The translations under genes and the position numbers were made by a program. This document shows, in pieces, positions 12,509 to 24,258 of a DNA stretch of 64,000 bases. The stretch's first letter is position 1. Every line of letters begins with the position of its first letter. Source of the DNA: Podarcis melisellensis (Eukaryota); assembly GCA_964234715.1 (NCBI GenBank), contig OZ174280.1; one strand, 5' to 3'. The notes below the pieces were generated by a model. The model did not search any database. It had not been told where the DNA came from and saw nothing but the letters and a program-made list of their open reading frames with translations.

Positions 12509-15500
12509 CTAACATAGCCGCTATTATGCGGTTCTGCACTTTGTATGACGATATGGTACATAAATGAATCCCAGATGGTAGAAGCTTTCATCACCTATTT
12601 ATCATCCTATCGGGTCCCTTCTTTCTGAATCATTGACTCTGCAATCCTGTCAGCAGTAGGAGAATTACTGTTTGTCCATCCCATTACTCTGCCTATAATT
12701 CTAGCAGATTGGATGTGGCGAATGCGAATGCCACGGTGACCTCACTTTAAAGTTGCGAGAACATCTAAAATTTAAGACTGGGAAATATGTGAGATTAGAT
12801 TAAATGGGGGCATGTGGAGGCATTAGATAAGGATAGCATCTCATCAAGGGGTACTGGGGCAAAGGAGGGAAGGATTAAGGAGGTGGAGGAGAGGTGTGGA
12901 AATAGGGTGGAAAAGTAAGATAAAAAGATAGAAAGTAAGATAGAAGGGTTGATCTCAGAGACAAATTACACATTTTTCTTGATCAGCAGTTTCACATTTG
13001 CTGCCTTTGATAACTTTTAATATTGTGGATACCATCTAGATGTGTAATTTGTCTCTTTTTAATTTGTCAATTTCTAGAAAGGTTTGAAAACAAGACTTTT
13101 AAAAGCTTAAGAGTAAGAATTTGGATGCTCCTCTATACAAAAATGGCAAATCGATGATACAAGCACATTCAGTCACAGGGTTCAGTTGGTTTCTCCGTAG
13201 ATAAGACGAAATAGTAGGAAAGACTTTGGGTTTAAATTTCAAGCTTCAGTAGATCCGGGTTGCATGCCACTTTACATCTCGAAAACAGCAAAAAGGAACT
13301 GTTTGAAAATTCTAGGATAATACCAGACAGACGTATTCAAGACAAATGTCTTGGGCAAACAATATCCCACTTCCACTAAAAAGTTGTTTGGGCTGAGCTA
13401 TCACAGTCCAAACAATGCGTACATTGAAGTGAAAGTGTGAGAGAGGTTTCCATTCATGAAGGAAGGAGGCAGGAAGCTTTCATGACCTTTAACAAGCATG
13501 CAGCTCCCATTTAATAGCTGGTGGAAGAATTTGTTTGAGATCAGCCCCCAAACAGAAATGCCTTCACAGCGTTTCCCCACAAATCAGCTGGTGCTCTTTG
13601 CACAACTATAGGTGTCAGTCCTGCTGGAGTCCACAACTCTTTGAGACGTGTTTTGAAACAAACAGCCACTCATCACTGATAATCAGACCAAGATGCTTCA
13701 AATAACATCCATTTAGGAGTTATTAATTGTTAACACGTACATCAAAATATTCAGCATTGCATAAATTCATCCTGTTCTCCAGATTTCCAGGGATATTCAA
13801 CCACCAAAAGATGACAAAACCAACTTTTGTTAGAGGATATTTCTGATACACCCCAAATTCAGAATACAATATAGCTTGCTATTTATATTTTAAAAAACAG
13901 CCATAAGAATGCTAGGTAACATGAAGTACAAATTCTAGTTAGAATTGCACATTTCTTTTTCACATTAAACTTGGCTGTGAATAATTAGAGACTGTAGAGT
14001 TGGTATAAGGGGGCTGGGATCAGAAATCTCCATGCCTTAGATTTTTAACATAAACAAAGTTCATAATTAAATGCACAGGAGCTGGTAAGCAGCTGTACAT
14101 TGATCTAGATAATCTTGAACATCTTCACAGTTGGTAACCTTGTCAGGAAATTTCACTGCAGCAGAACAATAATACTGTTTCAATGTAAATAAATAATTTT
14201 CCACAAGCAAGCTGAACAGAAAGAATTTGGAGCATTCAAGAGTAAGGCGGGGAGAATCATTGGCAAGAGAAGGCACACAGGACAGAATTCAGTTTTATTT
14301 AGCCTTGGCAGCTTAGAGTTGGGACGATACACTTAAAAAAAATATGGTACAAAATAGCTACAGTACAAGGAGAAGGGGATGACAGAAGATGAGATGGTTG
14401 GACAGTGTTCTCGAAGCTACTAACATGAGTTTGACCGAACTGTGGGAGGCAGTGGAAGACAGGAGTGCCTGGCATGCTCTGGTCCATGGGGTCACGAAGA
14501 GTCGGACATGACTAAATGACTAAACAACAATAGCTACAGTATTGCCAGTTCCATGGGGGGATGCTCAGACAAGATGCTCTCAATGTGTCCCCCCCCGCTC
14601 CTGAGTGTGTCTATCTTACCCTCCTTGCTTGTGTTATCAGTACCCATTTGATTCTTTCTCTTTCTAAGCCAGCTCCACACCACTTCCCAGAAGGATTGGA
14701 CAAGGTGTGTGGAGACAACTGCATATCTTCATTCTTTTCACTGCTCACTCACTTACAGAAGCAGGTGAACAGCAGGCAGCAACAGCAGGAAGGATAAAGT
14801 GCAAGGCCAGCAGATTGGAACGCTCTCTGGATATTGCTGGGCAACACCGACTCCCATCAGGATGGCCAATGGTCAAGGATGATGAGATCTGTAGTTCAAA
14901 AAATATGGAGGGCCCAGTGTTGACTACCTCTGTCCTAAGTACTGCTGCTTTCTACTGGGCTATGTGTCTCAGCAAATGCCCCCCAATGTTGATGCCTGGT
15001 GTCTGCTCTGGATCATAGTTTTTTCTAAAGAAAAGACACTGACAAGGGACAATCAGGATACTTGGGAAGTTTAAGGACAAGTCTTCTTCATTTTTATTTT
15101 AAAAAAACAAAACCATGCTATATTTTTTATCTCCGTGGGTGCATAAACAAATACCAAAATGCGTGACTCCAAGTAGAGAGTTGGAACGATTTGCTTCCTG
15201 TCTTTATTAAGTTAAGAGACAAAGTATTTGAAGAATGATGAGCTACATAAGATGAATTGATAAGAATGTTGTCATGAGAGCTACTACCAGCGGCATGTGT
15301 GTACTTTCCAAATGGAATTCCAAACAGGGGAATAAGAGCTCAAATGAAAAAGAGCATTTAAACCCATTTCTGGGAAACGGCTACAGAATGGAATGTTGGT
15401 GTAAACTGTAAACCTTTGGGCTTGAAAGGAATTATTTTTCTACCAAAGCCTCATTTAGTGGGCATCTCTTGCGGGAAACGGCCATATCATTCCCCATCTG

Positions 15501-16800
15501 CTCCTTGTGCCAAATTGTCCCAAGCCATGTACCAGTTAAGCTCCTGGATCCCTCTCATAGAAATTGACCCACCACTGGAGAGCATCTGGTCCCCATTTGT
15601 AGAGGTATTGCTTCAGATCCAGGCAGCAACTTAAGTTACAAGATGAAAAACATTTCACTTTTAATTTAAATAGCTGAGGAGTAGTTTACTCTGGATTTTT
15701 CAAACTCAAGGTTGGAATCAGTTTGATTTAGAAATGAGTTCAGATTCGAACTTTCATTTACAAATACGTCTTGATTCTCACTTTAGGGTTGAACAGTGGC
15801 ACGCCTTGCAACTTCAACGTGAAACAATTGGATTTAAGATAGTTAAGCTGATCTGAGGTCAATTGTATGTTTTAAGCTTAGTCCTGAGTACAGGGATTTA
15901 ACTGGCTTTAAATCCCCAAGAATGTTCTAAGCACTTTGCTGCCTCAGATGGATTGGTGATGGGCAATATGCCTAAGGTCTGTGATCAACAGAGGGCCAGA
16001 ATCAAAAGAAACCAATTGGTTATTTACATGAATTTGGTGTTAAAAAACAATTTAGGTGTATGGTGTCTGCCTCTGAGCATGGGATTCCAGTAGATGCAAT
16101 CATGGCTAATAGACAATGTTAGCTCAATCCTTCATTATTTGTCTATCACTGCAATCCAAACCTCTGTTTCACCTTACTAGGGTCTCCCCTCCAACCATCC
16201 CAAAATAGATCAGCTGGAGGCTGACTTTGAGCAACATCAGCATCTCTCCACTGGCATGGAACCACAGCTGGATTCTTGGCAGCAGTAGCCCACGAAAAGC
16301 TGCAAAATGGGGCATTCCAGTGATGGAGAGGGTATGAGCTAGCTCAGGACCCACTGGATCACTTGATGGCATTGGCTGTCATCCAGACTAGTGCAACACA
16401 AAGAAGGGTTTGGCCTCCACCTTGTCATCCACCTCAGATGGTGTAAGCAACAGAGTGTTGGATGCAGCAATGCCTAGACCACTCTATCATTATGATTCAA
16501 GCTAAACTAGTGGTCATCATCATACACTTGATTCCTGGCCTTATGTTAAAATGTTGCTGTTTTTGTAGATCTGTTTTGCTGCAAATAGTGCTAAACTACA
16601 CAGAATTAGCCATATTACGATGAAGGAATTGGAATTAAATGTTTTGTGAGAAGGTTTAGATCCACCATCAATGGCATATTTTAAATCAAAAGGAGGAGAA
16701 CCAGGGATTTTTTTTTAAGTAGGAAGATACATTCCTGATGTTTCAGGAACACTTTGAGAAGCTTAGGAAAGGCAAATCTTAAACAAATGGCAATAAAATG
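12509..16800 (-). pseudogene. Highly decayed Helitron Rep/PIF1-helicase (RepHel) fossil, interrupted by younger insertions
   Basis: Hand translation of the minus strand gives motifs in RepHel order: SGMYLPT..GSPPFDLKYAIDGG..KTFNSN (about 16740-16630), SLQLIYFG..E...R (16222-16172), DLKQYL...FYERDPG..LVHGLGQ (15619-15515), LFSLL...KFPDK...EDV (14276-14067), LIISDE (13686-13669), GADLKQILPP (13548-13519), QILTLK...LSRN (13123-13070) and VAFAFATSN (12734-12708). A candidate 3' hairpin lies at 12518-12531. There are many stops and frameshifts, and the boundaries are approximate. Confidence 0.65.
14366..14528 (+). mobile_element. 5'-truncated BovB insertion (163 bp)
   Basis: Matches about 123-290 of this window. 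Perfect 13-bp TSD aatagctacagta at 14353-14365 and 14529-14541. Confidence 0.95.
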
Positions 16801-17231
16801 GTTTTTATTTTTTTATTTTTGCATTGTGAGGGTTACATCAAGTACCACAAGCTTTAATGGCTGAGTTGCAGAAAACAAAACAGGAAATTGCTCTAATGGA
16901 GAAAGAAAAGAGGCTTGATTAGAGTAAGAAAAACACCTGCTCTGTACAATGGAAAAAGGCTACAATACAGAATCAACAATTTGCCTGCCAAACTCCACTT
17001 CTTACTCAGAGAGACCTTGAAGAGGGAGAGAGAAGGTCTTTACTCCAATATAGTTCTGCTATTTTTATATAGCACCTTTGGTTTTCTCTTTCTCCAAAAA
17101 GTTCTAGGACAAAGTGTCTGTGGCATGAAAATGGTCAGAGAATGAGTGAAAAGAATAAATGGGTGAACTGAGTGTGACTGTGTATGTTTATAAGAGGCTG
17201 TATACTGAGGTGGAAAGTGCCACACTATTGA

Positions 17232-17234
<3 letters not shown>

Positions 17235-17288
<54 letters not shown>
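17235..17288. repeat. (TA)n microsatellite, left flank of the Penelope element
   Basis: Seen directly in the sequence. Confidence 0.98.
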
Positions 17289-17290
<2 letters not shown>

Positions 17291-18159
17291 TTTCGTAGAT
17301 TTTCACGGGTACAGGAATGCAGGTTTTGGTGTCCTCGGGTGTCTTCCCGTGTAAAAGTTGGGGTGTCTAGGCGACGTTTCGACGAGGTCTCACTCGTCAT
17401 CTTCAGGCTGGTGCTTTCGGCTTCTTGTTACTGGAACAGAGCAGGATCTCAGTGTTTGAGTTCCTATAAATACTGTTGAGGGGGTGTGGTGTATAGCCTC
17501 CAAAGTTCTGGGCAGAGAGGAAGTTCCCAGGCTAGTGTGCCTTTTCTTCTTTTGTTCCTTAATTACTTGAGGGATATCTTGAGTGATTTCTTGAGTGATA
17601 TCCTGAGTACCACTTAGGTGGGTCATTAGGTGTGGATTAGTTGCTAAAGTCTTTGTGTCTTGACCTCTTGAACTTTGTGAAGAGTTTTTCTGAGAAGATG
17701 GCTGTACTGCACTTAGTTGTGCTCTGGCTTGGCTTCGTGTATAGGGGCGAGCTGTGGTTTTGTGGCCTGTGTCAGCCAGATCTGTGTAGGGATTGCAGGG
17801 GGGTGCAGCATCCGGAGGTGCCACCATGGTTTGGCTACTGGATGGTGTCTGTAATTTATCTGTGGAGAGGGTCTGGGTTTGGGTCTGGTGTGGTTGATTG
17901 GTGATAGCGTTCTGTGTGCCTCTGGATCTGGTGTCAGTTTTTGTGGGGAGGGCTAATTTCCAGATGTCTGGCAAGCGGGATGTGTCGTCACGCTTGTTCA
18001 TGTTGTGAGGGTGTTTCTCTATCTCGATGGCTTCCATGATTATTCTCTTGTGGTGATGTTCCATGTTAAAGAGCAATTTGGAATCTGCAAAATTAATTTC
18101 GTGTCCTGTTTCTTTCATGTGTTGGAAAAGAGAGGAAGTTTTTTCTTCTTTTTTGACGG

Positions 18160-18161
<2 letters not shown>
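17289..18161 (-). mobile_element. 5'-truncated Penelope-like element (end of the GIY-YIG endonuclease plus pseudo-LTR)
   Basis: Uninterrupted ORF 17390..18118, preceded in frame by ...KTSSLFQH, reads MKETGHEINFADSKLL...KRIIMEAIEIEKHPHNMNKRDD...LPDIWK, the PLE GIY-YIG C-terminal half. It has a hammerhead near the 3' end and (TA)n on both sides. Confidence 0.92.
17365..17412 (-). ncRNA. Minimal hammerhead ribozyme motif of the Penelope element
   Basis: The minus strand reads ccagc CTGAAGA t GACGAG tgagac CTCGTC GAAA C GTC gcctag. This gives an intact CUGANGA/GAAA core, a 6-bp stem II, a palindromic ACGU stem III and a GUC cleavage triplet. Stem I is weak. Confidence 0.8.

Positions 18162-18201
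<40 letters not shown>
18162..18201. repeat. (TA)n microsatellite, right flank of the Penelope element
   Basis: Seen directly in the sequence. Confidence 0.98.
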
Positions 18202-18204
<3 letters not shown>

Positions 18205-18694
18205 GGGGGGGACATAGTCATGAGCCAATACGTAGAAATTCAGTGAAAAGTAATTGAAAAGCTATGCATAGGGATCCTGTATATCATAAAGAGTTTATCT
18301 AGCAATTACTTATTATTCGAATATCAGGGTAGGTATAAAAGAAATGAAGTCAAGTTATTTTATTTGGTGTAAAATAAACAGAACAGGCTAGGCAATATAA
18401 AAATAGACACAGAAGAGAAAAGGATGATGGGAAAATCAATCCCAGCCCCCACCCCCCAAAAAACAGACACCTGGAAACAAAAGAAGGATGAGAGACAACA
18501 GCCACACAGAAAGTTTGCAAGAAACAAAATTAAATTTAAATCATTGACCCAAACAGAAGATACCGTATTTACCGAATAAAAATGCTTGGTTAAGGTGGTC
18601 TGTCACACAGAGACTGTTGAGAGTTTTGCTGCAAGAGGAGGCAATCTATCAGTGTTGAAACACTTCTGGCAAATGCACAATATGGACAGAATGT

Positions 18695-18882
18695 CATGAA
18701 ACTCAGAAGGCTGCCATATACTGGGTCAGACTAATAGTCCATCTGCTTCAGTGTTGTTTACACTGACTGGCAGTGACTCTTCAAGGTTTCAGGCTGGCCT
18801 CTTTCCCAGCCTTACCTGAAGATCCTGGGGGTTGAACTTGGAACCTTTTGCTTATGCTCTATAATTCAGCTGTGGTTGCTCC
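18695..18882 (-). mobile_element. Old tRNA-head SINE with a CR1-like tail
   Basis: The minus strand has a tRNA-like head (cagctgaattatagagcat...ccaagttcaacccccagg) and a tail ending ggcagccttctgagtttcatga. Related copies are at about 59258-59432, 41580-41720 and 43860-43980. Confidence 0.65.
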
Positions 18883-21786
18883 CCCCCCCCCCCGCAACTC
18901 CCTCCCCCAAGATCCTGTTTTACATTTCAAGCTAGAGGAGAACTTTGGAGAGGAGATACAGCTTGATTCATAATGTAGCTGAACATTATGGACCTTAAAA
19001 AAAATCTGCCTTCTGAACAATTACAAATGTGGTTATTTCAAATCCCAAATTCTTGACACCTGCCAAGTTTGGAAAAGAGGGTGGATATATTTGAGAGATA
19101 TTGAAGGAGCAAGTTTCATTTATTGTGACCCATTGTCCTTTGGCACCATGGAAATTCTCAAAAAGTTCTGTGTGTACAACTAATTTGAGGCATGATGGAT
19201 TCAGTCCAACGAAGAACATATTTATAATAAGGCACACTTAAAATATTGCAAAAACAGACACTCATATCTTGGCTTGGATAGACTTTGGGAGTATGCATGA
19301 AACTTATGTCCAAAATATTTGGCCTTGTTAATTTCTGGGTGGGGAAAACCTGGCTGACTCCAAGGTTAATCTGACATTTTAGATTTTAGTAAATCACTTC
19401 ATTCAAAATTTTAGCAATCAGCAGATTTTTATAAGACTGAGATAATGTCCCATAGATGCATGCATTCTGAGTTTGAATATTAGACAAGGCTCATTGTTGC
19501 TATGAAACGGAACGTTCTAACTTTCAGAGACTTACTCTTAATGAGGATCATATTTAATTAATGGCAACTATATTGTGTGGTATAGGTATTTTTATTTATT
19601 AGTTATTAAATGTGTGTATTTGGTACTTGTTCAGCTATTTAGATTAAGCCAGCTTGCTGTTCAGAGCAAATTGTTTCAGATAGGCCAGGTGAAACTATTT
19701 TTCTAGCTGGTTGCTTGCCAATAGTCAAGTTGGATATCTTCTTCCAAATGAGAAGCAGCAGCATCTGTAACAGTGGGATCTGATACCAGAGATCTTCAGG
19801 GCAGTGGAAAATAAAAGAGTTGGCAGTTTCTGAATTTGGAAACAGACAGTACTGTGAATCTAGCTAACAGGAAGCAGCTTGTAGAACTACAGGAGTAGTT
19901 GCTTTGGGCAACTTATTCAGGATCAGTACTTTTGAAGCCTGTTTTGAGGAGTCTGCTTGCTTCCAATAGACTCTCCTATCCAATTTGCAAATAAGCAGAT
20001 TCTCCCTACCCCCTCTCCCTCTATCCCTCCTCTCCCTCAAAAAATGCTAAACTTTATAGCAGCTTCCCTGAAATTCTTTCAAATCTGGGGGGTGGGGTGG
20101 TAATCAACAGACCTGATTCAGTAGCCAATGAAGTGGTTGTTAGATGAGACCCCAGGGGACTCAAAAAGTTCACCTTTTTTTGGGGAAAGCAATTAATAAT
20201 TATAATAATTTTGAGTAATAGTTTGTAGATTAAAATTTGGCTCCTGATTAATAGGTTGACAATGAGGAAACGCCGTGGAAGGAATTCGGTGTAGCAATGA
20301 GGATATTGCTCCATCTGAGCAAACATTTTTGCTTGCCTGGGAGAACAACCTTCCCTCTCTTCCCCCTATATAATTCTCTGGGAGTTATCCTACCCACTCC
20401 CAGGGCCAATTGGGGTGGGGGTGAGGGGGCATGGGGGAGGAGAGGGGAACCCACCCCACCCCACTGCACTAACAGAAGCCATCATGTGAGCTTCCACTAG
20501 TGGAGTCTGTTAGTAGAATCTTCTCCAGCGACTCTGATAACGTGAATGTATTTCAAGTTAACAAACTGACTAATCCATCAGGCAGCAGCCACAGTCAATT
20601 AACAGCGCAATACTTGCCTACTCAGAAGTAAGTCCCATCGTGTCTCAGTAGGATTACTTCTGAGTAATTGGTATACCTTTGCACTAACCACTTATTTTCT
20701 CCATTGAAATGCCTCTTGCTGCACTGAAGAGTTAGGCCCAAACATGCTTGAGCAAAGCCGATGTAATTTATGTGGAGGTTAATGCTCTTATAAAGGCATT
20801 TTGTGTGCCCCCAAGGCAATTAAATACTGTGAAAGTCAAAGAAATAAAAACTTTTGGTGCTATTTCCCAATAGCTGCCATAGGAAATTTATGAGGTGAGA
20901 ATTTCATGTTTAGGCACAATGCCGTGTTTATTGTTAGCTCCCTGGAAATTAGTAGAAAGTGATTGGGGGGGGGGACCCACCTTCTTTTCTTATTTTAATG
21001 AACTCTTTATATATTTGTTTGGGGACGTTTTGGTTTTTTTTTTTTTTGAAAGAGTTTGATACTGTTTTGCTTTTACCTTTAGTAGTTATTACCAGACATC
21101 AGCAACACAGCTCAGCTTGACAAATGACAATAATGAACAAAAGTGCCATTATTGCCTTTGGGATAGTCGGGTTTATTTTACTTTTGGGATTTAAATACTG
21201 TTTCTGTAGACAAAAACAACACAACCACAGTGACCTGTAACATAATAACATTAAATGTATAAAACCTCTGTGTTAGTGCAACATGTCCAGAAAAGGTCAG
21301 AAATAAGCACAGCATGCATTGTTCTTAGTTTAAACAAATGGACTTACCATTTAATAGGTCACTCCACAATAATGTAATATGATATAAATAATAGAAAGCA
21401 TTTCCTTCTCCTATCTAGGTAATAAAGCATACAGTTTTCATTTGGTTCCTGATCGCAGAGCCAAGGGTGATTCAAACAATTGATTTAAAACTCGCAAGAC
21501 TCACTCCCTATAAAAACCAAAATTAGTTACCGTGCCCTGCAACTGAAAACTAATTTTAAAGCACTATGTAACCTAAAGCAGTCTAAACATGACCAAATAA
21601 CATTTTACCGCTGAAATTTGACTCTTTTGCGTTTTGATAGGGGACAGATCCTTTGATAGAAACTGTAATAGGGAAGAGTAACTTGGTATTGTTGCTCTGC
21701 AATGGACTCTAATCCACAAAAGCTGATGCCATCCTAAATGTTAGCCATTAAGTTGCAACAAAACTCTTTGGGTTCTTTCCCCAGTA

Positions 21787-22002
21787 CAGTGGTTTCTCAG
21801 GTTACAGACGCTTCAGGTTACAGACTCCACTAACCCAGAAATAGTACCTCTGGTTAAGAACTTTGCTTCAGGATGAGAACAGAAATCGTGCTCCGGCGGC
21901 GTTGAGGCAGCGGAAGGCCCCATTAGCTAAAGTGGTTCTTCAGGTTAAGAACAGTTTCAGGTTAAGAACGGATCTCCAGAACGAATTAAGTTCTTAACCC
22001 TG
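21787..22002. mobile_element. Tc1/mariner Tigger-like MITE
   Basis: TA|cagtggtttctcaggtta ... ttcttaaccctg|TA, with a partly deleted right TIR and internal cttcaggttaagaac repeats. Confidence 0.8.
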
Positions 22003-22279
22003 TAATATGCTGCATTGGCTACATTCACACGTAACCCTAAAACCATGTCTTAGAACTATTTGAGTAACCTTGAATGAAACTGCGCAAAGTGTTGGGCTTC
22101 TATGGCCCCCTACTTCTTTCCTGCTAGGTGTGTTCTCCTCCTCCCATCCACCCAGGAGCAGGACTTCTGGAGAGTTTTATTGCAGCCCAGTTTAGTGTTA
22201 CATTTGAACAAGGGATCTTGGTTTCAAAAAACATTCTGGTAAGTTTCATATCAAGCCAGCTTTAAACTATGGCTATAAA

Positions 22280-22735
22280 CAGAGCCGTCTTTCCCATTGG
22301 TCTTAGTGGTTCATTGCGCCATGGTGCCAGCCTCTCGGGCACTCTAGCGAGTGGGGAAGCTGCACGGTTTTGTCAGCAGCCTCCCCTTTCCCTGCATGCC
22401 CGCCAGCTGCACCCTGCCAACTATATGACTGGCGGGCATGCAGCTTCCTTCCCAAGTCTCTGCAGGAGGAGAGTGATCCCCAGAGATTTGCATCTGCTAA
22501 AGACGGCCCTGCTCCCGGTCGTTGTTCTCCTCCTGCTTCCTAGCGAGCCTTCCCGGGTGCCCCGACTCCAGAGAGCATGTCCACCAGCATGTTTTCCTGC
22601 TTGATTGCCGCGTCGGGGTGGGGAGGGAGGCAGAGGACATTTTCCACCACCCCCTCCCTTGTTTTGAAGTTGCTGGGGGGGTGGCGCTGGGGGGATCTTT
22701 GCACCACAGTGCTGGATATGCTTAAGACGACCCTG
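22280..22735. mobile_element. hAT non-autonomous element (MITE)
   Basis: TIRs cagagccgtctt and aagacgaccctg, with an 8-bp TSD gctataaa / gctattaa (7 of 8 match). Confidence 0.85.
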
Positions 22736-24258
22736 GCTATTAAGGTAGCTTTTTAAACTAACCAGAGTTTGATCTGGGGTTCAAACATAACTGCAAGGTC
22801 AATGTTTAATATGAGTGAAATTAAATACTTCTGAACTCCTCACTGCTTCACTCATACTCATTCAAGTCCCTGCAGTGCTAAACTATGACTTAGTGTTATG
22901 TATCTATCTATCAACAGGCAACCAGCTAGGTAACTGCTATGGTGCTAACTTGTTCTTAGGAATATATGTTCTGTTCTACATCCACATTGGTCGGGTATTT
23001 TTTCTTTCTTTCAGGAACAATTTGATAGGAATGGGTTGTAAGATGGATGTCCCTCAAGATATTCTTTTCAGGACCTTACGCTTCAAAATCCTTGACCCAG
23101 TGTTATGTGAACACCTTGGACCTAGAGCTGCTTGCTTTGCTGATACAGTGCCAAAACAACAGCATACCTTTGGCCAAGTTGTAGAAAGGTAATTTATTGG
23201 GGCTCATGCCTCTAAAAGAAAATATCATTTCGGCAATGGGGCACATACAGACAAACACATATGCACATAACCTATATATCTCTGAAGATTCAACAATTAA
23301 ATCAAAACATCATGAAAACATTGAAAATTCAGTTTCTAATTTTATTTAATAATGTTGGTTTTAAAAGAAATAGATAAAAAATAATGAGTGGGTTCCAACT
23401 TAGAATCTAATATTAAAAATAATAAAATTAGCAATATGCAAAACATGCACATTGATGAAGCTACCAAAGTGTAATAGAAAAAGTAGTAATAAATTACTCT
23501 TAGCACCTAAGTAGCACATTTTGAGAGTTCAAAGTGCATCATGTACATTATCTTAGTAAGTCTTACAATTGGCCTGTAAAGCACTTAGGTCAATGAAATC
23601 ACCTCTGTAGAAAAAATAATAGTGGTTTGCTTAACCTAACCTAATACGATGATGGTTACAGTAAAATGTTGTCCTTGGAATTTCCAGCTCTAACTTATCC
23701 TATGCAAAAAAAAGTATTTAAATCATTTATTGTTATTGTTTACTAAATTTCTATGCCACCCTTCAACCAAGGATCACAGGGTGGTTTATAATAGAAAAAC
23801 ACAAACTCATATAACATGTATCCATTAAATCACATTTTTTTAAAAGAGACTCCATTTCCTGTTCTCAGGAACCTTTTAATCAAAGAGCAGCTTTGAATAG
23901 CTCCAGCTTCCACTCACTCCATACATTTGTATTTCAGGAGAATGCTAGTGATGTAGACTAACAAAAATTTTAATGTCTAGATAGAACCATAAGAACCATG
24001 TCATCAAAAATGCTGAATGCAAACCAGAACTTTCTCTGTGGCAATGATTTCACAGGATTCTCTCAGGCCATTTTAAATTAAAACAAAGAGCTTCTAAAAT
24101 GCATTTTTGCACTTTGTAAATCTATTAATAGATGGTTCCTATTGCTGCCAGACGGCAGGGTGTTACTATTGCAGTATGTCATGATCAGGCAGGATAGCTG
24201 TTGATGGGAGACAACAACCAGGGCTTTAGCAGAGACATCTCAAAGTGTACATTTCACA

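Noticed and set aside
12960-14290. Possible endogenous RNA-virus fragment or host PIF1 pseudogene
   Set aside because: The helicase motifs are preceded in order by Helitron-type Rep and N-terminal motifs, so a Helitron origin fits better. No viral polymerase or capsid motifs were seen.
17040-17479. IY-repeat ORFs (also 18005-18257) and the EEKRR-repeat ORF at 31700-31939
   Set aside because: Translations of microsatellites.
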